From contig CM060731.1 of assembly GCA_030704615.1 (NCBI GenBank), forward strand, positions 46,810,001 through 46,874,000: a stretch of DNA of 64,000 bases. The letters run 5' to 3'. The notes beneath the pieces are model-generated. The model was given only the letters and a program-made list of their open reading frames with translations, did not search any database and was not told the DNA's origin. Below are positions 26,301 to 40,401 of this stretch, one piece after another. The DNA comes from Takakia lepidozioides. Taxonomy: Eukaryota > Plantae > Bryophyta. A program made the translations under genes and the position numbers. How positions within the stretch are numbered: position 1 is the first letter of the stretch; the number at the start of each line of letters is the position of its first letter.

Positions 26301-29300
26301 GGTGCAGGGACTATGTTCCCTGAAGCTCAGAGAGGGTTTGAATGACAAAGACAAGAAAGAAGGGACAAAACACCTGAGCATCAACAACTTTTCCCAGCAC
26401 AACCATAGAAGTACTTAACTTACAAGAGATGGAAGACAAAAACAGTTTATAAAGTCCACAGGGGCCATGGGACACGTCTCATCATCAACAAACCTGCTTT
26501 ATGGCACTTGTCGCAGTATCCCCATTTTGCAAACCTTTAAGATGCGGGAGTGTTGGTGACAAGCCATCTTGCACATCTGCTAGATGCCTCCAGCGCACCG
26601 GATCCTGTATCCAGACCCAGTTCAACTCTGTCACCTCCTCTCTAGTACACTCCCAAGAATCTTAAGTGGTTGTATCTCTAGAAACACCTGCACTGAAGAA
26701 GACTTGTAGAGTGACGCACCTCATTTTACCAACATTCTGCTACTGAACCATGGAGCATATGATTGCGACAACCCACTCTTTTAACCAAAGGACTGAAAGG
26801 TCTACCCTGGATGATGCAAAATGCATTCATCGAAGGATGTAAGCCCATCTCTAGCCTTCTGTGAGTGGTAATATAATTGAAAGGCCAACATGGAATACAT
26901 ATGAGTTTTTGGTGTCTAAGGCTCTAGTGTGCAAGGTCCTGAGGTCCTGAGGTCTACCTCGCCACCTTCTCCAGAATTGGACTTCCCTCCAATGCGATTC
27001 ATAGCTATGGCAATCGCCTCATGAGTTTCTCTAGAGATAGCCCCCAGTGACATGCCCCCTGTGCAAAACCGCTCCACGATGCTGGATATTGATTCTACTC
27101 TGTCCAATGGTATCGGCTCTTTTTCGCTTTGAAACTCAAGTAAATCACGTAGCACCTGTTACACATAATGATTTGGTCTGAATAAGGAAACTTTGAGAGA
27201 TGCGGGAGGAGAACAAGGCTGGGGGAAGGGCTCAGTAACGCATACCACGTCTGACCATGCTATACAAGAACAAATGACAATCATTGGCTGCACCTATCTT
27301 CAAGAGATTTGAAGAACTGCTTTGAAAAAGAGAACTTGCAATGTTGTCTTCAATTCTTTAATATCTAGTGTTAACTGAATACATCAATATGCCATATATA
27401 TTTTGATTCCCCCCTGCTACAGCCAGGAGGAGCTGGAGGGTGGACTAGTAAGTAGAACCCACCCAAAATCAGGAAGAAAATCAGTTGGGGACACTGCAGT
27501 CACAGATACTGAGGACCTTTAAAGAAACTGCCAACAGATCTCAAGAAGCACTCCCATCCATAACAAGAACTATGCTGCATTTGGGAAATTGAGAAGTAAG
27601 AGAGAAGAGCCTACATTGACTGGCCGCTTGGCAAGATGCTGCTGATACACTGCATATGCACTCTCATTCTTTTCCCTCACTGCCTTGTGCAGCAATTTTG
27701 ACATCTCAGGGTTGTTGCCATGGTACTCCCCTGGCCCACCCAGTTGATGCATAGGCAAAATTGAGTAAAGCTGAAGTCTCCATACTCCATCAGGCCAAAG
27801 ATCCAAATCTCAGACGTCCCATCAATCCTCCTCACATATATCTCAATAACACACTACCCCAGTTATTGAAGTCCGCAGTTCAAACAATCTTGTTTGTCTT
27901 GTCGACAAAGAGAGCATTTGATTTGGTCTACATGTGCATTAAATCCCAAATTTCAGCAAAGTAGAGTTTCATAGCCTGTAGGAATGTTAGGCTGGTAAAG
28001 TACTCACATTAGATTGCCATGCAGGATTGCACTTTCAAGTTCTGTTAATTGCGGAGTCCAGCTACCGTAAGATCTCCCTGCTATTACACAATTTTTGAAA
28101 AAGAGATACACTGTTGAATCTATTGAGACTGAAACATTTCTTTACAATCCAGCTCCTCATCCCCAGGACTTCCAAATTTTTATGGCCAAATCTATCTATA
28201 GCTTCAGTCCAACCTACTTCAGATAGCAGACTTCTGGTCAATGTTACTTTCAGATCCAGACATTAGCTGCAGCTACGATTTCCAGCTGAACAGGTCACAA
28301 TGTCATGCAGTAATGACTCACCACCAGGCCTCGACTGGATGAACCCAAAGTTTTCCAGTTTTTTCACCACCTCCTCACTGAAACCTTTCACCCAGAATGA
28401 TACAGTCTCTCTGGCCACCTGTGCACGCCAATCACCCAGTGAAGTCTTTAGTAGCCACCTCAACCACAAACCTCTAACCAAGTCGGAAGAGATCATTCAA
28501 AATCTTGCTTTCACAGGATAAAGATGCTCCCTGAATTTAGGTTGAGATGAAGGGAAACACCATTAAGGAACCATAGGCAAGCCAACAGAGTCTCAGTCAT
28601 CTCCTTCTATAGCAACACATTTCCAACAGATCCTTGGAAACTAACGATTTACATACTGTGCTCAATGAGCATGGCTGAATCTGTAGTCAATCACTAAAAA
28701 TGTATGCAAAATCAATCTCACAAATCTCAGACCCTTCTGCCGATACATTTTGCAACTGATTGTTGGATAAGTGGGCCAATAGAGAAGCCTCCAACAAACT
28801 CTACCTCATTAAGGGTCAAACCGCCAATGCGAGACACACTGCCTCGGAATGCTGTAGCCACAACCTCTTCACCCAACCCATAAATTTCAAAAATCTGGGC
28901 GCCATGATAACTGTGCAGCACAGTGCAGGGGAGACGCATCAGATATGGACTAACATGGAGATGAACATACACTTTGATCAGAGCTAAGAGAATCTACTTA
29001 AGAGAGGAGAACGAACATGTGGCTTTGAAGAAATCTAGAAAGGGAGTTACAAGAATGTACTCATAAGACATTGTTTGCCGTAGCCTTGTGGCCATCGAAC
29101 CCGCACTTAGTTTGGGAAGAAAAAGACACAGACAATACCTTTCTGAGGGCCTCACTGCGGTAGTGTGACTTACCTTGATAAAGAAAATTAGTTTGGGTTT
29201 TCCAGATATCCTCTAGAAAGCCCTTCACACAAGCATCAACCGGCTGTGTATGAGCTACCCAGCAATTAGACCCCAAAAGGGCCAGGACCAAGGGAGAGAC

Positions 29301-32300
29301 AGGAGCCTATCCGTGCTTAAACATAACTCACTTGACAATATGCCATAGAGTATTCAATAAGAAGCTTGTACAATATCTTTGCAGCCTCAAAGTGATGCTT
29401 ACCTAGTCAACAGAGAAATGCCCATTTTGGACAAGATCTTGAGAAGACCTGCCTTCACAGCCTGCAGAACATTTCCAAACATCAGGTTCCAACAACCACA
29501 AGAAATGCCAACAGCTGCTACACTGGTGACTACATCCACCCATGCATGCTTTTGGATAGACCAGGTACATTGCACCTGAAAAAATGTGAGGACTTAGGTG
29601 TGAAATTTAGATGTGCAGAAATAACATGTGCCTGGCTTTACTAGGTAATTATTTTTCATCATCAATCCATGAAATAGAATGTCCTTGTGCAGACTGATAA
29701 TTGTTTATTGAAAGTGACGTAGGAGAGGGGCTTGTAAAGCAAGAGACTCAAATATCAAATAGCAAAAGCTGCATGACCAACAACTGCACACAAGATTACC
29801 TTCCGGAAATTCTGCTGAGCTTGCTCCATTGTCACCGTTGGCATTTTTCCATTCTTCATCAAAGCAATGGTTCTAGTACTTAGACGCCATTGTCGACATG
29901 TCTCCAATGCCAAGTATGGACAAATAGCACTGTCACCAAGAAACATCCAATACGTTACAGCAGAACCCATAAACTCTCCAAGTTGCACGCTACCAATCTG
30001 TGACTGAAGGTCATTGATGTGATTGGCACACAGGACTCCATGACATTACGAAGGCCTTGAGAAGCCATACATAACGTCAACAAAATTCATTACAAATAGT
30101 AAACATTACAAACGTCATACACATAAACATAAGCATGCAGGCCTTCAGATGATGCATTTGTCCCCCAACAACGCCTAAAGACAGGTGTCAGACCCATCAT
30201 CTGTCACCGCACATTGTAAATAAAAAAGAAACTGGAGATGACAGAAAAAAAAATTGAACACAAGGGAAAAGCAGATTTCCTATAGTGAGAATACTGCAAC
30301 GACGAAGACAAGTTGATGAGAATTCGTGCTTATTATTTATCTGAGATGTACCCATGGACAGTTCATAGCTAATGATGGATGCAAACTTCATGACATAGTT
30401 CTTGTAGGATACTGATCCTCTCACAGTGTTGTGGGATTCCAGTGTAGACTCGAACCAAAATTGATACAACTCAACAAACAGTGCATAACAAGCTCTCTCT
30501 GCCTTGTAATAGCAGATGTGGCTATCTTGCAGTCCATGAGGAATGGTACAGTAGGGTGAGATAAAAAGAGAGAAACTTATTTAAGGCTCTAGAAGCCCAG
30601 AGGGCCCATGGACACAGTAAGGAGACTAGCACTCTTAAACAGAGTTAGAATGCAGCACGAGAAATACCTGGCACCATAGCCAATGAGGCAGGCAAAGTGG
30701 TGGGTACCGAAGCATTGTGCTGTGTCTGCAACAATGGAGGTTGACATTCGCAGGCCATTCTGAATGAGGTGGTGATGCACTGCCCCTACCGCCAACAGCA
30801 CTGGGATGGCAGGCCGAGTCGACTCCTGCCATGCATCAACCCACAAATACGCAGAGAGAGAGATGACACTGACCAATGTCAGCATAAATAAGAGCGCCTC
30901 TTCCCCTTGCAGGTACTTGCCCCCGACATCATCTACCTACAGGGCCACCTGTTCACTACTTTTCATTTTATGCTTATGAAGAAAAATTATAGCTGTGAGA
31001 GATCAGATAGTGATGAGGTGTGGGGCTTGGAGGCAGAGAGTAATTTGGTCGGAGGTTGAGATTTTTGTGCAGAGTGTCAATGTTGCGGCGGTTAACTTCA
31101 ACCAACTCCTTCTGGTGTAGTGTTCTCACTTTCCGGAGATCTTATTTCCTGATCTTCTGGTTTATCACTGTCAGTTTGTCTTGGAAACCAGAGATGCTGT
31201 CATAGAGCAAGAATAAGTGGGCATCCCAACATGAGACATCATCTACGGGTCTGTTACTGCATCACCATGCAAGTTTCAGAAATGTGTGGGCAGATCATTT
31301 ACCAAATTGTCAGTGCGATCACTGAGGATCAGGAGATGGGAACCACCTCGGACGGCATTGTCAGCAGCTTCACACAAGGCATTCAATTCTCTCTGCATTG
31401 CGCCATCGATTCCTTCACTGATATCAAAGAAGATAGGTAACACTGCGGACTTCAGCGCATCATCAGCCTTCAAAGTGTCAAGCTCCCCTTCACTTAAGAC
31501 TGGACTAGTGAGTGTCACCTGCACACTCGCAGCAACAGGGCCTAGCCTGAGAATCTAACCTCCATCCAAGAATCCATGACTGTTCATCTGTTGACATTGG
31601 ATTTGCACATTTCCGCATTCGGATATCAAGAAACTGAAGGTATGGGAGTCTGGATTCCTTTGGCACAATCCTTCTAGATGTGATTTTTGTCCCCAAAATT
31701 CTTAGCACAATTGGGTTTTCACTAGACTCCTTTATCAGACAAACAAATTCTCCAAACTTTCAAGCAATTGCACTCCAATAAAAGCACAGAAGAAAGGAGG
31801 CAGAGGACTAGGGTAACTTCTAGATATCTCTACCATCAAGAAAGTACTAATGATGGTACTAATGCTGGTATCTCTACATTCAGGACTGATCGACGTAACA
31901 TACCTGTTCTGCACTCTGTGAACCGACCTCCAACAGATTTGCTTTCTTCCCCAGATTAATTTCCAGAGACATAACCAAACCTTCTCTCAAAGGATCAATA
32001 GCAGGATTGGTGACCTGCAGCAAACAAGTTGATTTGCATGAAACCCTTCCAGAATACGACTATTTGGGTAATGATGTGGATTGCAGTCCAACCCGTACTA
32101 AAATGTTGAATAATAGCATTGCCCTGAACCCGTACTGGCCAATGCAGCCGCAGGTGGGTTAACCTGGTTGCCTAAACCTTCCCCCAAGGACTCTGAAAGC
32201 CCAAAGGTACCCACACATGGGATGACCCAGTGACCCTCTCACTTGGCTACAATTGGCTACTATGGGTGACATCTAGCATACACCCCAGGGGCCACATATT

Positions 32301-35300
32301 TGTATGACTATTTCAAACAACAATTCCCTCGGATATACTTCACTCAGCATGGTGCCCTCAACATTGCCTGGATTATTCTGTGCTTCCTTCTTGAAAGTAG
32401 GTTTGTGTGAGGAGCAAGCATCCATACCTGAGCAAAACGTTGCTTGAAATAGTCATACAACAGATGCGGCTTCTGGGACAAAACAGCCAATGGAGTATCA
32501 TCGCCCATGCAAAAAGTGGGCTCCTTCCCCTGAGACGCCATGTTCTCAATGACCATTTGCACATCCTCACTAGAGTAACCAAAAGCCCTGCAATTCAGAT
32601 GACAGTTACCTTAAATTTAGTTTCTCACCACCTGACAGACAAACACAAGACCAGCAATACAAGGACAGACAGACAGGTCAGTTTTGGCACTCGAAGTTAA
32701 AATTTTCAATGACGAACACCTGCTACTCAAGGAACACAATACATTCAATGAGCATTCCCCCACGCCACCTCTCTCTCTCTCTCTCTCACTCTGGGCACAA
32801 GGCTATGGCAAACAACGTCTTATGAGTACATTCTCACTCTCTCCCCCTAACCTGAAGACGATATCCATTTTCCGATAGGTTGTCCGGGGTGTTCTCACCA
32901 GGGAGTGACCTCTTCAGGAACATCAAGAAGATCATTCCTGCACCTCTGCTCACCAACTCAAAATCTCGAGGCCAAGCCTAAAGCCCTGGCCCTTTTGGCG
33001 TCTAAATACTGGGCAGCTTACACATAGCACATTGCTGCTTGTGTGAAGGGCTTTCTAGAGGATATCTAGAAAGCCCAAACTAATTGTTTATACCAAGGTA
33101 AGTCCCACTACTGGCATGAGACCCTCACAAAGGTAGTGTTTTTCCCTCTTGTTCAGCCCAAACTGGGCGAAAGGTAGCCACAATGCATGGCAAACAACCT
33201 CTTATGAGTACATTCTCTCTCTCTGGGTTTTTCTTGTAGTTTCACTTGTCCATGTGACAATATGAAGTTTTTCTTTCTTTCCTCTTTCTTGGTTTGTTCT
33301 CTCCTGTGAAGTTTATTTCTTTCTTTTCATCTCCCTTTAGCCCTCTACGAATAAGGTGCAAGGTGCCACAAGGCTGCAGCAAATAACATCAAATGAGTAG
33401 ATCATCCTCTTCCTGCCCACCATAAACAAGCCCCCACCACTCATTTCACATGTGGCCAGGTGGACTATCTGCATGTGCCAATGATATTTGAAGTCATATC
33501 CTGTAATCTCCATTCCCAAGGAAAATAACTGTATAGAGCTTGAGGCACAGAAACATACTGGTGCTGCTTTAGCAAACTGTCGGTACTGAAAATAGTTGAG
33601 CTAGGGAAGTTCACAGGCTGTAGTGGTCGACACCCTTCACTTAACCATTTTCCATAAGGCTTTGCATTTGCTACGAGTTTCTTCACTTCTGTATTTTCAT
33701 AAACCTGTATAATCACATCAAATAAGGATTTCACTAATGACCTAACATCACAAACAACTTGGCAAGGGCAACAAAGAAGAATGACAAGCTGATATATGAC
33801 AGAAGAAAAGAGAAGGGCAAGTGGGCGAGAACACAATACATGGACGTCTGGCAATAAACGAAAGGAAGATATGTAGGAACCACTAGATACGTGCAGAAAA
33901 GATACGTGCATACCTCGCCTGTCTCCAAATTGACCGAAATCATCATGCCAGGACCGAGACGTCCTTTCATTATTACTTCAGAGGCCTCTATGTCCAGCAC
34001 TCCAACCTGCACCCAATAACTTGTCTCTAATGAGGGCACCCACTCCACAGCTGCCAACAAAACATATCCAGATACAACCTGGTGGCACAGAAACTGTAGA
34101 TTGGAGTGGGGACGGAATGAACCACATTTTATCTTCTGGACCCATCTTGCCAGACACTGACTCACAGCTAAGGGAGCAGCACTAGAGCTAAGACGGTTCA
34201 GCCAAGATGACTCTCATGCTACAGGTTTTGGTTATTTAACAAGGTAGAGCACATATCTGAGGCTAGAAACCAATTAGTACCTCAGAGGCAACATAAATAA
34301 TGTCATCCTTGGTTCGCCAATATCGAGCCGGACGAAGACCATTTCGATCCAGACAAGCTCCCACTGTTCTCCCATTGCTTCAAATACAGGATAGGTGTCA
34401 GCGAGCAGTCACAACAATAGAATACTGTCCATAAATGTTTTGTCTGCCACAACTCAGTCACAAGTCACTGTTTTCCATGCTCACTCTGCCTCCTCCCTAC
34501 CAAAAAAGTATAACTACATAAATTGTTGTTTATTTTAGCAAGGTCCTGCATGAAGCACAATAATTGAAAAATCCTACAAGAGATGAAATAGAGCCCATAT
34601 TCTTTAAAAGCTGATCCAGAAACTGTTCCATCACGATGGTAGATGCAGATGTGTTTGGATGCATCTCAAACCCATGTACAGATGTCTGCCACTAATTCAG
34701 ATGCACAGGGAACCTTCCAATTTTTTATTCCAATATTTCCTGTTTGGTACCTGAACAGAAGCAATGCAGGTCCATCCCATGCCTCCATTTGACCTTTGTA
34801 AAACTCATAGAAGTCAACAACCTGGAGAACATAATGTGATAAAATGAGAGCATTCAGATGAGGGAGAGAGCAAAAAGTGAGAGAATCCTTTTCTGTATAT
34901 TACAAGAGTAACTTCTTAATAATGTTTTCTTCTTAGGTTCTATCCTAAGGAAGATGACTCTTCGTAAGGAAGAGTCACATCTGTTCAGATATGAACTGTC
35001 ACAACTGTAAGATGAAGTGCTTCCTAATCTAAATCTAAATTAGGTCTAACTCTCCCACTTAGGAAGCATCATCCTCAGCTTCTCCTCCAAACAACCCTAA
35101 CTTCGTAAAGATAAGGAGTGTTTAACAAAGCCAAGTGGCTTTGTGAGGATGTCTGCCACCATGTCCTCATGCCACGCCAAATAGCTTCAGCTTTAGTCAA
35201 GGCCATGTACTCGGCCTCAGTGTTAGACAAGGCAATGGCCCGTTGCTTGCGACTGGCCCAGGTAATAACACCAGCAGAAAGAATAAAAGTGTATACAGAG

Positions 35301-37392
35301 GTGGAATGTCTAGAATCGAGATTGCCACCCAATCAGCATTAGAAAACCCATATAGAGGGTGAGGCTGAAGAACATGAGTGTATTGGAGATATAAATGTAG
35401 AGTGCCTTTGAGGTATCGAAAGATACGCTTAACGGCAGTCCAATGGGGACGACCAGGATTAGACAAATTGGGCCACAACTCCCACTGGATAGGAAAGGTC
35501 GGGCCTTGTGCAAACCATTGCCCACAGTCAATCTGATGACCAATCTACAGTCGAGGTAGAAGGTCAACCTCCTCCTCGAGGTATGAACCCCTGCTTTTGG
35601 GTGTACAATAAAGTGGCAACAGGTTCAGGATCGTCATCTTTCATCATGGTCTCCTCCTGTAGTAGATAAGTGATCAGTTGTGTAAGGGTAAGAGCCTGAT
35701 TTCCTCTTAAGGCTGTTAAGAAATTACGATATGAAGGTGCATACTACGCATCAAGGATATAACAGCCTCCTCGTTAGATACCCTAGAACCAGCAGAGCTA
35801 AGTTGATCTAACAAAGCATGAATATGTCTAGTAAGGCTGGCTCCCTCCTTGAGCTTTAGAGTGACAAGCTGATCCTTAAGATACATCTTGGTCACCGTGT
35901 CTTGCGCATCATATAGATTGTTAAGTACTGTCCATGCTTCTGGAGCGATGGTAAAAGCAGTAACATGACTTATCTGGCTATTATCCAGGCAATTAAGAAG
36001 ATAGGATAACGCAATGTTATTTTGGTTATCCCATTCTGTCTTGCTGCCAGTGCCAGTAGCAGGAGTATGCACAACTGCTCCTACTGAAGCTGGGATGGGT
36101 GTAGTGGGTCTTGGCACTGTGCCATCAACAACACCTTGAATTTTCTCAGCTCTTAGAAACATTAGGAACCTATGTTTCCACATATGGAAATAAGTTCCAT
36201 CGAATTTGGGTAGGTCCGTGACCTTTAAGCCTGACATCTTCCCAACGATCTGTTGACTTCACAATGAAATCAACAGAGCTGTTTATAGAACTTCTTCGTC
36301 TTCAGAAGAACTAATACGAACCCGCCTACGCGGATCTTAAAGTGCTTTATTTTTCAAAGCAGCTTACTCGAATTATATTGTGTTTTGTTGTGCTTCTGAC
36401 AAGCACCTAAAAGAAAAATGAATAAGTGAGATCCTATGGTTCGAGGCGTCCCCCGTTCCGCAGGAGTCGAGGCGTCCCTCGACTATTGTGGATCCCACTA
36501 GACACTTTAGTTGGTTTCACAGGATGGCTCTGATACCATGTGATAAAATCATACTCACTCTACACTAATGTTTGAGTGCTAGTATTTTATAACACATAAA
36601 GCCCCACATCCATAAACAAGTAACTGCATGATGCCTCATGGCATCCCGCGAGGTTGTTTTGATCCGCTCCTTTCCTTTATGGGAGAAAAAAGGGAAAGGA
36701 AACAACAGTTTGTTCATGCAGATGACTAGGACATAAACAAGCAACTAGAACTAGGGAAAATGTATCCAGAATCATCATGTGTTGGTGGGGACAGACCCTG
36801 CACACCATAGGCTCACCCAGAGATATAACGACAAAAAGAGCCCTTTGGATACCGAAGCCAGTTAGATGGCCTGCAATCCGCATGACCATGGGCAGATTTA
36901 ACATCTAAAATGCCTTAAAACGCAGCTGTGTAATGCAGAATACAAGAACGAGTGCATGAGAGTGACTGAGTACGTATATCATCGCCACATGTGAATCACG
37001 TCTGTACCTCTGGATACTTTATATTTAGAGTCGGATGATTTTTATAAGCTTCAGGCACCATAATCATCAGTGTCTCCTCGGGACTGCGCCCACTCCTCAT
37101 CAACAACTACAGGCCAACAGACAACACATGACAATGAGGAATAGGTTGAGTAAAATCCAAGAACATCTCTCTCTCTCTCTCTCTATCTCTCTCTTTATGG
37201 CCAATGGTCAATGGCCACAAGGCTACGCAAACAACGTCTTATGAGTACAATCTCTCTCTCTCTCTATATATGATCATACTACCGGCGTCAGCCCCTGACA
37301 AAGGTAGTTTCTGTCCCTTTGTGTTCGGCTCAAACTGGGCCCGGGGTCAATGGCCACAAGGCTACGGCAAACAATGTCTTAGAGTACATACA

Positions 37393-37459
<67 letters not shown>

Positions 37460-40401
37460 GTTCCGCTCAAACTGGGCACGGGGTCAATGGCCACAAGGCT
37501 GCGGCAAACAACATCTTATGAGTACATTCTCTTCTCTCTCAAAATGGGTCAGGACTCAGCAACAAGAGAAGCCTCCCTAGTGCAGTCAAAGTACGAATAC
37601 CATAAGATACGTCCCTCTCACCCTCCCTCTTGGTCCGACTAATGTCGGGACATACCTCTGCAACCATATCAAGATTTGCTGAATCAGATGCCTTGGCATT
37701 TCCATAAGGTCGGATCTCATCTTCCCGGCCCCTCCAGACAGGAGAAGTCATGGACGCCTCCCGAGATCGCATCCAATTCAAATTTCCCTACATTTAATCA
37801 CCACCATCAGGTAAATACTCATGAAAATTGCCCTGAGCTTGCAAATGTAAGTGTATAGAGAATATGATGCCAGACATTCAATCACAACAACCTAAATACC
37901 TCCTATTACACAACCCACCTGCTATGTACTTTGTGCTGCATTATCCCAGACACAACCTCTTCACCAAAACCCCCTTACTTTCTAATGCCTTCGGACATCC
38001 CTAACCAGCACTTGGTGACAAGTCAATGACACAATACAGGCAACACACACTTCAACATAAGTGGAAGGGATTGGCTGAACCTGCTTGAAATGTGTGTCAC
38101 AGCGGCATACCTGAAGTGTGTTGATTTCTCCATTATGACCTAAAAATCGCATGGGTTGTGCAAGCGGCCATCTTGGATTAGTGTTGGTGCTGAAACGCCT
38201 GTGGTAAATTGCAAATGGGGTCACAAACAACTCATCTCGGAGATCATTGTAGAATTCACCCACAACTTGGGACCGCATCATTCCTTTATATACAATGGTT
38301 CGGCTGGACAATGAACAAAAGTAGAGCTCTGGACCCCATGGCTGTGTCTCAGCAGCTCGTTCGATCAATTTACGAGAGATATAAAGCTCCCTTTCTATGT
38401 CATCAGTGACTTCCTCCGATGTTACCTTCACAAACACCTGTTCAATACTTGGCATGGCTTTCTTGGCATAGTACCCAACCACTGTCTCAGTGACTGGTAC
38501 AGGCCGCCATCCAAGAACTTCAACTCCCTCCTTTTTGAAGATATCCTCCACAGCTGCAGTCCGACAGGACATCATTGAAGAAAATTTCTGAATTAGAACA
38601 ACATCTTGATAGAACAGAATGAGTAATCTCTGAGGTGGCTCCACACTGCACCTCCGACCTGGGATAAATTTTATTTCTTAATCCCATTGCACATTCAAAT
38701 TTTTTAATGAAGCTAGGACAGCTGATCATCTTACACAATGAAATCAAATGACTAGTCAATGAAATCAATCCAAAGCTTAGAGAGATAAATGTGCCAGTTC
38801 GAATATTCCTTCTAAGTCCTACGAAAATTGTAGCAAAGCGGGAACTCGAAATGGGAGGGTGCCAGCAGGGCCCAGCTCTCTTTCCCAAGGACAAAAGGTT
38901 GAAGGTAATTTGAATTTTCATCCAAAATCAGCCTTCTTAACTGTTGCTACACACCTTGGAACTCACCATTTGTGGGGACTGCTGATTGGAAACAGGAGAG
39001 GAGAAATTCAGCTTTAGGACAAGGACTAGAACTCATCGTACATAAATGTGCAATTACATTATGCTGAACTCCTAGTCCTAGAAAATTTGGTTGTATTGCT
39101 ACTAGATACTCTCTAATTCAGTAACTTTTTCTCCCTCTTGGTGCATAGGAGGCCACCATACAATTTGCTAATACCCCTCCGCCTCATTTAACATCGGGAA
39201 AGTGCAGCACATTGTGTTACCTGCTTTTGCAGCTAATGCCAGATCCGCATCCCTCGGAAGGAAAACCATTCCAACTCCAGTATTTGTTTCATCGAGAGCA
39301 GGAAGTCCTTGCTCCTTGAACCATGCGTTAAAAAGGTCCCATGGAATTTTAGTCATCAGTCCTGCTCCATCTCCTGAGTCATTATCAGCGCCACAGCCAC
39401 CGCGGTGCTCCATACAGCTGAGCGCAATTAGTGCATTGGCCACTATCTTGTGGGATGCATCATTCCTTAAGCTGGCAATAAACCCGACCCCGCAAGCATC
39501 ACGCTCAGCAAGAATGTCTTCGAGATCTACCACCTGCAACGAGGACAATTATTGAGAGCACAGCTTAATGAATCGGGAAGGTCTCAAACTGTGACAAGAA
39601 ACGCTAAAAAACCGTTATGTTCGGCGAGTGCTAAATTCATCCGTCAGTAGTGACATTCTGAGTTCTTCGCTGCAGAATTGCCAGTGCATTGTCTGTTTCA
39701 TAAAGTACAGACGCGCAGACGCAGCTAGAGCAAAATTACTGCGAATTTGTCATCGGTGTAACAAGGTGGACAGTTCCTTTCGCGAAGTACGCGCTGCAAC
39801 ATCCTTCTCTCCATGCATCAGTTGGTGTGGTTCTGATCAGTAACAGAGATCCTCAAATAATAGGATTCACAAATAACTTACTCTCTCTCTCTCTAACACC
39901 TTCAATGCAACTCTCACAGATAGCCGTGTCAGTCATCAAGAATTGCTGCCTACTCCCTCTGCCCCTCTTCCTCCCCTCCCCGTGTCACCCTGTAAACAAG
40001 GTGACAAATCTAAATCATACCTCGTACTTTGGAAGCTGTTCCCCACTCACAGAACTTCCCGCCAGGATAGTAGAAGCTGTCCTCCGGCAGTGTAAGGCCT
40101 TTCCACCGCTCCTCTCTGACGCATTCTCAAACGTTCTTTTTACAGCCTTGCCTATCCTTGAATGGGAATGGAAGCCATTGAAAGCAGGAAATCTTAGTCC
40201 TTCGGTAGTACAAGGAACAGCTGTGAAATTTGCCCTAGTGTCAACACCACCAGAAATCGAAGACGAGGAAAAAAAGAAACGGGATGGAGATAACGACGAC
40301 AAAAATTTTGCCGAGGATGACGCAGTAGCAGAACTGGAGGGAGGTTGGTGATCCGGTAATCTCTGAAGAAGATGCAGATGGAGATTTCGCGCTAATGCCA
40401 T
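20396..40401 (-). CDS. GLU1: Ferredoxin-dependent glutamate synthase (Fd-GOGAT), plastid-targeted, 33 exons, ~1657 aa
   Basis: GT-AG exons read in frame (4974 nt): 40401-40021, 39533-39221, 38553-38111, 37787-37656, 37106-37008, 34821-34751, 34377-34281, 34006-33914, 33704-33559, 32587-32428, 32014-31904, 31518-31303, 30825-30668, 29929-29800, 29461-29403, 28910-28805, 28418-28322, 27730-27615, 27155-26958, 26604-26494, 25771-25532, 25244-25146, 24756-24661, 24190-23993, 23662-23588, 22991-22863, 22646-22548, 22320-22178, 22033-21940, 21611-21373, 21055-20977, 20852-20769, 20557-20396. Features: Ser-rich transit peptide, Ntn [21 protein letters not shown], Fd-loop [26 protein letters not shown], 3Fe-4S motif [12 protein letters not shown] and the GXGXG domain. 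Confidence 0.97.
26030..26345 (-). mobile_element. 5'-truncated non-LTR retroelement 3' end (intronic family copy)
   Basis: Reverse complement of the shared tail ..ATGGCCACAAGGCTA..CAAACAACATCTTATGAGTACATTCT. Similar to 32880-33225. Confidence 0.65.
29052..29290 (-). mobile_element. 5'-truncated non-LTR retroelement 3' end (intronic family copy)
   Basis: Same tail. Encodes [23 protein letters not shown], resembling a LINE ORF2 C-terminus. Confidence 0.65.
32768..33225 (+). mobile_element. Two copies (~50 bp and ~345 bp) of the same non-LTR tail next to (CT)n
   Basis: CACAAGGCTATGGCAAACAACGTCTTATGAGTACATTCTC at ~32796 and GGCAAACAACCTCTTATGAGTACATTCTCTCTCTCT at ~33189. Confidence 0.65.
34835..36594 (-). 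mobile_element. Internally deleted Ty1/Copia retrotransposon in Fd-GOGAT intron 5
   Basis: PBS TGGTATCAGAGC (36538-36527, tRNA-iMet). Gag ORF 36237-35716 ([11 protein letters not shown]). RT/RNase H remnants [26 protein letters not shown] and EAEYMAL (35478-35075). PPT at ~35051-35060 and 3' LTR at 34835-35050. CATAA target-site duplication at 34830-34834 and 36595-36599. Confidence 0.88.
37165..37540 (+). mobile_element. Three head-to-tail truncated non-LTR tails separated by (CT)n microsatellites
   Basis: GGTCAATGGCCACAAGGCT(A/G)CG(G)CAAACAA..TCTTA(T)GAGTACA at ~37206, ~37345 and ~37482, each followed by CT runs. Confidence 0.75.
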
